Positions 1 through 7,638 are shown, numbered from the stretch's first letter. The stretch is DNA of 24,967 bases from a virus (IMGVR_UViG_3300045457_000062:1-24967), one strand, 5' to 3'. A program made the numbers and translations. Notes: a model not told the origin generated them from the sequence alone.

Positions 1-106
1 CAGTGCCAATGAATCCTGTTACGTCACCAGCAGCAACACCGTCGTCAACGATGCCTGCGTATTCATTATCAATCTCTGATAATAGGTTGTTAAAAATGTC
101 TGACAT
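1..106 (-). CDS. uvsX: UvsX/RecA-like recombinase, N-terminal part (runs off the window)
   Basis: Manual translation MSDIFNNLLSEIDNEYAGIVDDGVAAGDVTGFIGT... resembles the N-termini of T4-like UvsX proteins before the TGSY motif. AGGAG RBS at 113-117. Position downstream of gp43 matches T4-like synteny. Confidence 0.75.
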   Translation of the reverse strand, partial: MSDIFNNLLSEIDNEYAGIVDDGVAAGDVTGFIGT

Positions 107-118
107 AAGATTCTCCTT

Positions 119-1081
119 TTAGTCAGTGAAAAATTCTTCAAGATTACAAGTCTGGCTATTATATGCATGTTCAACTCTGGCTTGTGCGATTTCAAAGTAA
201 TCTTTGTCTCTCTCGATCCCGATAAACTTGTATCCTTCAAAGCCACATGCTTTACCAGTTGTGCCTGATCCCATAAAAGGATCAAGAACTATGCCACCTT
301 TCTGTGTTACTAGTTTGACAAGATATTTCATCAAGTCTGTTGGCTTCACAGTTGGATGATTATTCTTATATTCTGTATTTCTTCCTGCTGATAGAGATGA
401 TGCGTTACCGGATGCTCCTCCACCAGTTTGAAATGTTACGATCTTCTTTGCTAGAAATTGTTCTAGTCCTTCATCACGATCAGACTTAGACGCTTTAGCA
501 GAATAGAAGAAACGTCCTTCAGGTATATCAATAGCGCCATCATGGATGACATTAGCAGGATAACGACCTAATGGATTATCCACTAGTTCTGCTTTTGCTT
601 CTTTATCGGTCTTCCAAATACCACCTCTTGGATTTGTCCATTTTTTTGCGCCTTCTGGAAGTCTACTCTCTTCTATATTCAATCCACCAGTGCCATACTG
701 TGATAGATTATCTTTACGTGATCCATCAAAAGGTTTGCGAGCAACTACGATAGGTTCATGTGCGGGTTTTAGATTTCCTGCTTTAGGAAATCCAGTGCCA
801 TACAGCCACATGATCTGGTCCCTAATTTCAAATCCAGCATCTTCAATCTTAATAGCACCACGATGATATGTGCGTGATCCAAAGAACGCAAGTAAGTGTC
901 CACCAGGCTTCAATACACGAAGAACCTCCCGCCAAATATCGGCGGAAGGCACATCATAGTCCCATGAATTACCCATGAATGATAATCCGTAGGGCGGATC
1001 GGTCACACAAGAGTCAATAGAGTTGTCTACTAACTTTTTAAGTTCAACTAAACAATCACCATTGTAAAGTTCAAAGTTCAT
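119..1081 (-). CDS. Orphan N6-adenine/N4-cytosine DNA methyltransferase (beta class)
   Basis: Catalytic DPPY near the N-terminus, HPTVKP and SAM-binding DPFMGSGTT near the C-terminus. No cognate endonuclease adjacent. Confidence 0.92.
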   Translation of the reverse strand: MNFELYNGDCLVELKKLVDNSIDSCVTDPPYGLSFMGNSWDYDVPSADIWREVLRVLKPGGHLLAFFGSRTYHRGAIKIEDAGFEIRDQIMWLYGTGFPKAGNLKPAHEPIVVARKPFDGSRKDNLSQYGTGGLNIEESRLPEGAKKWTNPRGGIWKTDKEAKAELVDNPLGRYPANVIHDGAIDIPEGRFFYSAKASKSDRDEGLEQFLAKKIVTFQTGGGASGNASSLSAGRNTEYKNNHPTVKPTDLMKYLVKLVTQKGGIVLDPFMGSGTTGKACGFEGYKFIGIERDKDYFEIAQARVEHAYNSQTCNLEEFFTD

Positions 1082-1251
1082 GCTACCTCTTTAAAATATG
1101 TTTGTAGTTCTTCACTCATTTCTTTTAGAACATGGCCACCTACACCTACACGAATGACATTACATAGTTCAATCACGTTGTCAGGTGTAATCTTGTCGTC
1201 AGGCTTGAACTCATATAGTTTGCCTGGTGAATATTTGTTGTCTTCTGTCAT
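1078..1251 (-). CDS. Hypothetical protein, 57 aa (MTEDNKYSPG...)
   Basis: ATG overlaps the gp43 stop (ATGA), and its own stop overlaps the methyltransferase start. Start re-assigned from the ORF track. Confidence 0.7.
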   Translation of the reverse strand: MTEDNKYSPGKLYEFKPDDKITPDNVIELCNVIRVGVGGHVLKEMSEELQTYFKEVA

Positions 1252-3800
1252 TTGAAAAAGTCCTCTAAACTGGCAGTTCTCTCTGCCTTCCAACCGATTG
1301 CTTCCAGAATGATCTTTAGTGGTTCTAGAAACGACTTCTCAAATTGGGTTGAGTAGTCGATATACTTGTGTAAGTCAAACTCTTCCGGTATACCTCCTTG
1401 CGGAAAAGCAATCACATTAGATTGCACAGTGTTGGGTTCTTTAAGAAAGATAAACTTGATCTTCTCGCCATTGTTGATTAGTGGATACTTATCAGTAAGG
1501 CTATGAACCCGTAGAAAGTTATTATATACAAGAGAACCACGAACATGGATAGGGCAACCTGATGCATAAATGCTTCTCTTGTCTGCATACTTAACCATTC
1601 CATTAACACCACGAGGAAAAGAAATGTCCGAAAGAGGAAGAGTTTCAAACTCTCCACGAAACTGCTGAATGAACTCCTGAACTGCTGATTCATCTGCACC
1701 AAATATAACATCAATCGCCTCTCTTAGTTTGTCTCTACATGCTGTAGGTGTGGAACTCTTGATCATTTCAAGGCCCATAACTTTCTTCTTAGGATGTGCG
1801 TATTGCACACCTTCAGAGTTATGGACATTTAGAATATAACGCTTCTTGGCAGTCCAGATTGCTTTGTCTGCCAAGACTTCACGCTTCATGACAATCTTTT
1901 GCTGATAAACGTTAGTATATTCACCAAGACTTGCACAAGCCTTATCAATAACACGTTGTATTCCAGTTTCACACGCTCTATCCAAGAAAGTGATTGTACC
2001 GGCTGTATCGATAGTTCTATCATCCGACGAACAGGCTTGTCGGACCAAATCAGCAAGTCGCAAGTATACCGAGTCAGTATCGACCGCAATGACATAATCT
2101 TTCTCCGTCTTTAGTATTTTGTTTAGATATTTGTTGATGCTGTTTTCAATCCAGCGGATGCTAAGTTGTCCAGTAGTCGTAACGGCAATAGCATTACGAA
2201 GATCAAAGAAACGAAAATACTTTGAACCCATTGCACCATAGAGTGAGTTGAGTGATACTTTCTTAGAGAGTTGCAGGTTGTTATATCTTGCAATCTTGTT
2301 TTTAAGTTCTTTCTTCTTATCAGGATCAGTCTCTATCTCATATGCTGCCTGTGCTTCAAGCATCGCCTTCTTATACACCTTACGATCAGCAAACATCTTC
2401 TCAACCATTTCAGGCATGAAGCCTTGCTTATCACGGCGATAGAACTGACCGTTTGCTGTCAAACAAACATTCTCGTCCTTTAGAAAGGATGTATCAATAG
2501 ACTGATTGAGTAGTTTATCAACACTGACACCAGAGGCAATAACAGAACGCATAGCATCGCTATAAGAATCAAATTCAACAATCGTCTCAGGAGAGATATT
2601 GGACCCCATAATAACAGACGGATACTCTGAGTTAACGTCAAAACTAGCCACCCAATCATGGAAACCAATAATAGGGTCTTTAACATATGCGCCAACATAG
2701 GCAGCCTCCTTCTCGTGTTTCTCAATAGGAGGGACAACTATGTTCTTTGATTTCAAATGATGAAAACAAATAACGTCCCACATACGGACCTGTGCGAACA
2801 CGTCCTCGTAGTTACACTTGTTATCATAAGATAAAGTTAGTGCTAGTTCAATAAACTTACCCTTGTCATCAATACGATCAACAAGATCAACGTCTTTGAT
2901 GTTATAGTCGATGAACTTTTGATAATCTTCCTTGTATAAGTTATGCAAGGTACCAAATTCTTCATATGATATTTTATGCTCACCAAGTTCAACATGAGCA
3001 ATATTGTCTAGTCGGTATGACTCTTGTGAGTATCCGCCAGATGCATATTTCTTATATAGGGTAATCATATCAAGCGTGGAGATACCAAGGATAGAATACC
3101 CCTGACCACGACGACCCATACCCAGGTCTAATGTTTTGGAGTTGATAACATTCCAAGGAGAAAGTTTCTTTGCTTCATTCTCACTCATAATCTTTGTGAT
3201 ACGATTTACAAGATATGGTATATCAAATTGCTCTACGTTCCATCCTGTAATGATATCTGGATACTCTGACTGCCACCAACCAAGAAACTTACGAATAAGT
3301 TCAAACTCGTCAGCACATCGGTAATATACAACATCTTCACGTTTGTTGTTATAGTCACCTGTTCCAAATGTGACAAAGCGACCGTCCATCTTCACTGTGA
3401 TGGCGGTTAAAGGTTCAGATGCCGTTTCAGGTTCAGGAAATCCATTCTCTGAGCCAACTTCAATATCAATGTTGGCTACTTTGATATGTGAGATATCCCA
3501 ATCAACGGTGCCTGGAAACTCGTCGGCAATAAAGCAATATTGATACCGTTGATTGCCGTAAATTTTAAAGTTCTCAATGCCTTCATACTGCTTAACAAAA
3601 TCACGACAATCACGAATGCTGCCAGGCTTTACAGACCCAACATACTCACCATGAATTGTCGTGTATTTTGTTGGCTTGTCGGAAGGCACGAACAAGGTGG
3701 GATTGTAATCCACCTTGAGTCGCACACGCTTTCCATTCTCAACACCACGATATAGGATTTTACCACCCCATATCTCAACATTTGTATAAAATTTATTCAT
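1248..3800 (-). CDS. 43: Family B DNA polymerase, T4 gp43-like
   Basis: ExoI DIE, ExoII WNVEQFDIPY, ExoIII YNIKDV. Polymerase motif A SFDVNSEYPS, motif B KVSLNSLYG, motif C DTDS, KKRY. C-terminal clamp-binding SLEDFF. Confidence 0.98.
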   Translation of the reverse strand: MNKFYTNVEIWGGKILYRGVENGKRVRLKVDYNPTLFVPSDKPTKYTTIHGEYVGSVKPGSIRDCRDFVKQYEGIENFKIYGNQRYQYCFIADEFPGTVDWDISHIKVANIDIEVGSENGFPEPETASEPLTAITVKMDGRFVTFGTGDYNNKREDVVYYRCADEFELIRKFLGWWQSEYPDIITGWNVEQFDIPYLVNRITKIMSENEAKKLSPWNVINSKTLDLGMGRRGQGYSILGISTLDMITLYKKYASGGYSQESYRLDNIAHVELGEHKISYEEFGTLHNLYKEDYQKFIDYNIKDVDLVDRIDDKGKFIELALTLSYDNKCNYEDVFAQVRMWDVICFHHLKSKNIVVPPIEKHEKEAAYVGAYVKDPIIGFHDWVASFDVNSEYPSVIMGSNISPETIVEFDSYSDAMRSVIASGVSVDKLLNQSIDTSFLKDENVCLTANGQFYRRDKQGFMPEMVEKMFADRKVYKKAMLEAQAAYEIETDPDKKKELKNKIARYNNLQLSKKVSLNSLYGAMGSKYFRFFDLRNAIAVTTTGQLSIRWIENSINKYLNKILKTEKDYVIAVDTDSVYLRLADLVRQACSSDDRTIDTAGTITFLDRACETGIQRVIDKACASLGEYTNVYQQKIVMKREVLADKAIWTAKKRYILNVHNSEGVQYAHPKKKVMGLEMIKSSTPTACRDKLREAIDVIFGADESAVQEFIQQFRGEFETLPLSDISFPRGVNGMVKYADKRSIYASGCPIHVRGSLVYNNFLRVHSLTDKYPLINNGEKIKFIFLKEPNTVQSNVIAFPQGGIPEEFDLHKYIDYSTQFEKSFLEPLKIILEAIGWKAERTASLEDFFK

Positions 3801-4108
3801 TAAGGAGTAATCAACTTAGAGTTGGGAACAACGATTCCACCAAACATACTATTGTATTGGTTGACGAACTCTGTAATAGGTGTAACAGACACAATAACAT
3901 GATTTGCATTCAATGTCAACTCTTTATCATCGGACCACTGAACGAAAGGTGCAAATGCTACCGAAGGATTATTTGGATCTGCCTTAGAAGGAACCATAAT
4001 GACACGAACAGGATTCTTTATCGTAATCTTGGTTACGTTTTCACTTGTAACCTCACCAATAATTTCTTCACCTGTAGCAAGTCTTAGTAGTTTCAGATTA
4101 GTTGCCAT
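3800..4108 (-). CDS. Conserved T4-like hypothetical protein (Sm-like beta fold), usually upstream of gp43
   Basis: MATNLKLLRLATGEEIIGEV...IKNP...PF..WS...YNSMFG pattern. Stop overlaps the gp43 start. Start re-assigned to ATG 4108. Confidence 0.75.
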   Translation of the reverse strand: MATNLKLLRLATGEEIIGEVTSENVTKITIKNPVRVIMVPSKADPNNPSVAFAPFVQWSDDKELTLNANHVIVSVTPITEFVNQYNSMFGGIVVPNSKLITP

Positions 4109-4277
4109 TCTTTTCATCTTTCTTTGGTAGGATAGCTGGAGGTGGAATAATAACAGGATTAGGTGCCACATAAGGCACATAAGGTCTTACTCTTGCCACT
4201 GGTGGATTTACAACAGGCGGCACATAAGGACGGATGATGGGTGCAAAGATAGCACCCACTAGAATTATGGTGTTCAA
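4098..4277 (-). CDS. Small proline-rich protein, 59 aa, absent from the ORF track
   Basis: TTG start overlaps the upstream stop (TTGA), with GGAGG upstream. Translation: MNTIILVGAIFAPIIRPYVPPVVNPPVARVRPYVPYVAPNPVIIPPPAILPKKDEKNGN. Fills the gap and overlaps the next start. Confidence 0.65.
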   Translation of the reverse strand: MNTIILVGAIFAPIIRPYVPPVVNPPVARVRPYVPYVAPNPVIIPPPAILPKKDEKNGN

Positions 4278-4483
4278 TCTACCACCTCCATAAGATAGTC
4301 ATAAACACCAACTGTTACCCACTTCTCTGGAATTAGAGTAGTGCGATTACCATTCTCATTCACGAATGAATAAGAGTTATCAAGATCCATAATCTTGACG
4401 ATTCGTTCCCACTTGCCATCAAAGGCACGCTGCTTGAATGCTGTCTCTAGGACATGCATATTACTTTCACTTGATGGAATCAT
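4274..4483 (-). CDS. Hypothetical protein, 69 aa
   Basis: AAGGAG RBS 7 nt before ATG 4483; part of a tightly packed operon. Confidence 0.65.
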   Translation of the reverse strand: MIPSSESNMHVLETAFKQRAFDGKWERIVKIMDLDNSYSFVNENGNRTTLIPEKWVTVGVYDYLMEVVD

Positions 4484-4494
4484 TGTTACTCTCC

Positions 4495-5187
4495 TTAGTC
4501 CCACAGGTTCTGATAATACTTTCCGAATAGTCGGAAACCGTTTTGAATGCGTTCATTATAACGCTTCATGCCTTCATAGTCAACCCAATAATCAGGATCA
4601 ACTTGATCCATTCTTACCCAATCAGTTTCATCATTGTTTATAGCAACAAAGTTATCGGAGTGCGATGGCTCTATATGTTCTTCATAGGCTCCATCATTTA
4701 TTCTCACAGTTGTATATTTGTATTTCGGTTCTCCGTGATAGAACTGATCTTCCCAAGATTCATCAAGTTCCTGCTCAAAGGCCCAAATCATTTCATTGAG
4801 AACCCAGTCCCACTTATAATGAACCCAGTTGTCTCCCATGTTCCAACCATTTTCATCGACCTTGGGATGGCTATAACGCATATGTGAAGGAAGATCCTCA
4901 TCATCAACATAACCAGAACCATGCTTGGTATCTCTTAGCTGCTTTAGCATTGGTAGAATGATATGAGCGAGAGTATTGTCCATAGACCAAGTATCATATG
5001 GATCAATACGAACTTTGATGGTGCGTTCACCACGAATTTTATAAATCCAGTCGCAGATATTAGCAATCCAAGTATGACTAATCCAATGACCAAGTCTATC
5101 CTTCTGGTCTTCATTTAGAAACGGAACCCATTCAGCAATCTGCCAGGGTCCATACCAATTCTTATATGGTCCGATTTTTATTCGCAT
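4495..5187 (-). CDS. Conserved phage hypothetical protein, Trp/Asp-rich
   Basis: 230-aa ORF with AAGGAG RBS. DTWSMD..LA.II.PML, EMIWAFE and GFRLFGKYYQNLWD blocks resemble a family of uncharacterised myophage proteins. Confidence 0.8.
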   Translation of the reverse strand: MRIKIGPYKNWYGPWQIAEWVPFLNEDQKDRLGHWISHTWIANICDWIYKIRGERTIKVRIDPYDTWSMDNTLAHIILPMLKQLRDTKHGSGYVDDEDLPSHMRYSHPKVDENGWNMGDNWVHYKWDWVLNEMIWAFEQELDESWEDQFYHGEPKYKYTTVRINDGAYEEHIEPSHSDNFVAINNDETDWVRMDQVDPDYWVDYEGMKRYNERIQNGFRLFGKYYQNLWD

Positions 5188-5356
5188 AATGTCTCCTTAT
5201 TTCAATCTTGATATTGTGGGCGCAAGTAGCACAAACAACAGAACAACCATGCTTCTCCATAATCTCTTGGACGGAAGGAACAGCATCAAAAGAATGGTCG
5301 TCTATGATTTGCTTTACGGTATTGGAAGATAAACTGTTACAGGAACATAAAATCAT
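5162..5356 (-). CDS. bfd: Bfd-like [2Fe-2S] ferredoxin (bacterioferritin-associated ferredoxin family)
   Basis: MILCSCN...GCSVVCATC gives the C-x-C ... C-x2-C ligand pattern of Bfd; 64 aa. First gene after the promoter at 5382-5409. Confidence 0.8.
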   Translation of the reverse strand: MILCSCNSLSSNTVKQIIDDHSFDAVPSVQEIMEKHGCSVVCATCAHNIKIEIRRHYANKNRTI

Positions 5357-5381
5357 TACCTTTCCTCTCACATAGATATAT

Positions 5382-5409
5382 AGTATAGCATACTGTGCGG
5401 AGGTGTCAA
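5382..5409 (-). promoter_or_regulatory. Sigma70-type (early) promoter
   Basis: TTGACA (5409-5404), 16-bp spacer ending in TGC (extended -10), TATACT (5387-5382). Points toward bfd and on to gp43. Confidence 0.7.
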
Positions 5410-5410
5410 G

Positions 5411-5794
5411 ATGCCAACATTTATTTTATCTCTCATTACCTCAGGTTCCATAAAGTGGCTTTCCATTCTTGGAATTGTAGCAGGGCTGGCAGGTGGATTA
5501 TACATGAAACACCGTGAGATTGTCAATAACGAAAAGCAAATAGCACTCCAGCAATACAACATCAAACAGTTGGAACAGACTATAAAAGACCGAGATGCTT
5601 ATATAAAAGAAATAGAAAATGTCGCCAGAGCAAGGTCCGAAGCAATCAACAATCTTGCACAGAAGAATAGAGAACTGGAAAACAAATTAGATTCTGTTGT
5701 CACAGAGATTGATAAACATGTTGGTGCTGGACATGATAGAGAGTCGTCGCAAATACTTAAAGACACAATCAAGTCTTTGGAGCAAATGAAATGA
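5411..5794 (+). CDS. i-spanin (Rz / T4 PseT.3-like)
   Basis: N-terminal TM segment followed by a long coiled coil; GGAGG RBS; ATGA overlap with a downstream lipoprotein gene. Confidence 0.8.
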   Translation: MPTFILSLITSGSIKWLSILGIVAGLAGGLYMKHREIVNNEKQIALQQYNIKQLEQTIKDRDAYIKEIENVARARSEAINNLAQKNRELENKLDSVVTEIDKHVGAGHDRESSQILKDTIKSLEQMK

Positions 5795-6072
5795 AAAAGA
5801 TTATTCTATTGTTAGCCGTAGTCTTACTGGCTTCTTGTAATGACCAGACTCAGGTGGTGACAACTTATCGTCATATGGTTGTTCATCCTGACGAGGCAAT
5901 GTATTATTGTCCTGTTGTGAAGGAGTTTCCAAACTGGAAGACTCTGACGGATAGTCAGGTGGCGAAGTTGGTTGTTCAGTTACATAAGAACAATTTGACA
6001 TGCAAAAGTTCCATTGAGTCTATTCGTAAGTTTCTAAATGAAGCAGACCAGATAGTGAAAAGGGCGGATTAA
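5791..6072 (+). CDS. o-spanin lipoprotein (Rz1 / T4 PseT.2-like)
   Basis: Signal peptide with lipobox LLASC, two further Cys and a Pro-containing region; coupled to the i-spanin. Confidence 0.8.
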   Translation: MKKIILLLAVVLLASCNDQTQVVTTYRHMVVHPDEAMYYCPVVKEFPNWKTLTDSQVAKLVVQLHKNNLTCKSSIESIRKFLNEADQIVKRAD

Positions 6073-6080
6073 ATCCGCCC
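6057..6080 (-). terminator. Intrinsic terminator between convergent genes
   Basis: Perfect inverted repeat GGGCGGATT-A-AATCCGCCC (6062-6080), followed by TTTTC on the minus strand. Confidence 0.75.
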
Positions 6081-6088
6081 AGTTCAAA

Positions 6089-6316
6089 TTATAGATCAAC
6101 CTTGTGTGACTCGACTGTGTTTGTTGAGTTGGTAACATTGTTGTCCTTAGCGGCAACACCAACACCAAGTAGTGCTAGAACAAATGGCCATACTTCATCA
6201 AGTGGAGGAAGTGGCATTGACTCTGGCCAAACACCGGCATACTTTAGACCATATGCTACAACAGGAATAAGTGCAGCAACAGTGGTCTTCCAGTTAGCGG
6301 TAATATTCTTGAACAT
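6089..6316 (-). CDS. Holin-like small membrane protein
   Basis: Two hydrophobic segments and the NWKTT ... AKD.NVT pattern seen in small phage membrane proteins. Strong AAAGGAG RBS; adjacent to the spanins. Confidence 0.55.
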   Translation of the reverse strand: MFKNITANWKTTVAALIPVVAYGLKYAGVWPESMPLPPLDEVWPFVLALLGVGVAAKDNNVTNSTNTVESHKVDL

Positions 6317-6330
6317 GATAATCTCCTTTC

Positions 6331-6362
6331 GAAAGAGAACCCGAAGGTTCCTTTCTATTTAG
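6331..6362 (-). promoter_or_regulatory. C(UUCG)G hairpin with an upstream CTAAATA late-promoter-like element
   Basis: Minus strand reads TCTAAATA-GAAAGGAACC-TTCG-GGTTCTCTTTC-GAAAGGAG-ATTATC-ATG. Confidence 0.55.
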
Positions 6363-6366
6363 AGAT

Positions 6367-6603
6367 TTACTGAATTTGATAAACCGCTGTGCCACAAGAT
6401 GGCTTGATTACAACAGTTCCCTCCCATGGACGTAGCCAACCACTATGCCAAGTTCCCTGAACACAATACATGCCACGATGAACTGGAACAGACCAGTCAC
6501 CAGTAAATGGTGGATCCTGAACTGGATTATAATAAGTGCCATATGGTGCTGCAAAGGCAGCGGTGCTAAACATTAGAGCAGCAATAACTAAAATCTTTCT
6601 CAT
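6367..6603 (-). CDS. Small exported protein
   Basis: Sec signal peptide MRKILVIAALMFSTAAFA; mature part has two Cys. Confidence 0.75.
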   Translation of the reverse strand: MRKILVIAALMFSTAAFAAPYGTYYNPVQDPPFTGDWSVPVHRGMYCVQGTWHSGWLRPWEGTVVIKPSCGTAVYQIQ

Positions 6604-6836
6604 AGTCCTAGAACTCCTAGACCTAGAAGACCACGATCCGGACCATCAACAGTTACATCAACATCACGGCCATCAACATCGACTTCAACATTAGAACCGA
6701 CTGGTGCCTTAACTGTCACACCCTTTTCAGTTACCAATGCACCCGTGCCGTTTGTTGAAGTTGTTGGTCGCTTATGTGCTAGTGCGGATCCTGTTAGAGC
6801 AACAACAATAGCGGTAGCAATAAAAAACTTATTCAT
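6600..6836 (-). CDS. Small exported protein
   Basis: Signal peptide MNKFFIATAIVVALTGSALA; V-D-V alternating beta segment; C-terminal GLLGLGVLGL. Confidence 0.75.
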   Translation of the reverse strand: MNKFFIATAIVVALTGSALAHKRPTTSTNGTGALVTEKGVTVKAPVGSNVEVDVDGRDVDVTVDGPDRGLLGLGVLGL

Positions 6837-6837
6837 A

Positions 6838-7032
6838 CTATTCACCTTTCTGTTCAACATCCTTATTAAAGTTGTCGGGATGTTTCATAATGTCCGCAAG
6901 AAAAACAACCAGTTCCTGTAACTTGTCTTTGTTATATTCTGCGGCAATCTTGCCCTCTTCACGAATATAAGAGGTTAGTAAGCAATATGCCTCACTAACA
7001 GCATCGTAACTTACCTTATCTCCAACGTGCAT
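6838..7032 (-). CDS. Hypothetical protein
   Basis: AAGGAG RBS; 64 aa; operon packing. Confidence 0.7.
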   Translation of the reverse strand: MHVGDKVSYDAVSEAYCLLTSYIREEGKIAAEYNKDKLQELVVFLADIMKHPDNFNKDVEQKGE

Positions 7033-7044
7033 GTAGTTCTCCTT

Positions 7045-7209
7045 TTAACATTTAAATCTTACCGTGGCATCTTTCCATTCACCCATAACTGGGACCTGCG
7101 CCTTAACAGTTTTCAACTGACATACACGAGGTTCAATCTTTACTTGATGTGTCTCACATTCACCTGTCTGTAGGCAAATGCTAATGACAGCAAACACTAA
7201 CTCTTTCAT
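7045..7209 (-). CDS. Small Cys-containing protein, 54 aa, absent from the ORF track
   Basis: MKELVFAVISICLQTGECETHQVKIEPRVCQLKTVKAQVPVMGEWKDATVRFKC; GGAG RBS, ATGA overlap, four Cys. Confidence 0.7.
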   Translation of the reverse strand: MKELVFAVISICLQTGECETHQVKIEPRVCQLKTVKAQVPVMGEWKDATVRFKC

Positions 7210-7385
7210 GATTTATTCTCCGACAATACATGATGGGCAATATCGAGAATTTCATCTAATGTGGCTGCTTTTGTGATATCCTGCAATGCCTGTTTATAGG
7301 CATCTCTTTCGTCCATAATATCATAGACAGTTGTAGGTTTATGTTCTCGCATCTTCTGAATGCCTACAATAGTATCTTGATCCAT
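7206..7385 (-). CDS. Hypothetical protein, 59 aa, absent from the ORF track
   Basis: MDQDTIVGIQKMREHKPTTVYDIMDERDAYKQALQDITKAATLDEILDIAHHVLSENKS; stop overlaps the next ATG. Confidence 0.7.
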   Translation of the reverse strand: MDQDTIVGIQKMREHKPTTVYDIMDERDAYKQALQDITKAATLDEILDIAHHVLSENKS

Positions 7386-7464
7386 AACTCTTCCTTACAA
7401 TACAAATAGAATGGAAATGTATAACAGTCCAATGAATGCGCCTAACAATGTAGGCCAATAACTG

Positions 7465-7638
7465 TTACTCTCCTTGAGACATGGAGACGGCACGGTGGTA
7501 GTAACGCTCGTATATTGACAGACGATCCTCTTCCGAGTAGTCTGCGGGAATATCAATACCTTTGACTTTTCGCCATACTTCATTTGCCATCTCCAATCTA
7601 AACTGTTTATCTTTTTCTTCTTTAGTCTTCTCTTCCAC
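7465..7638 (-). CDS. Hypothetical protein, 57 aa
   Basis: GTG start (MEEKTKEEKDKQFRLEMANEVW...) preceded by GGAG. Confidence 0.6.
   Translation of the reverse strand: MEEKTKEEKDKQFRLEMANEVWRKVKGIDIPADYSEEDRLSIYERYYHRAVSMSQGE

Noticed and set aside
119-1081. Restriction-modification system
   Set aside because: No endonuclease gene adjoins the methyltransferase; its neighbours are uvsX and a 57-aa ORF.
1248-3800. Intron, intein or split in gp43
   Set aside because: Continuous 850-aa ORF with normally spaced motifs.
1478-4087. Alternative-frame and plus-strand ORFs within gp43 and its upstream gene
   Set aside because: Shadow ORFs inside well-supported genes, with no RBS or recognisable motifs.
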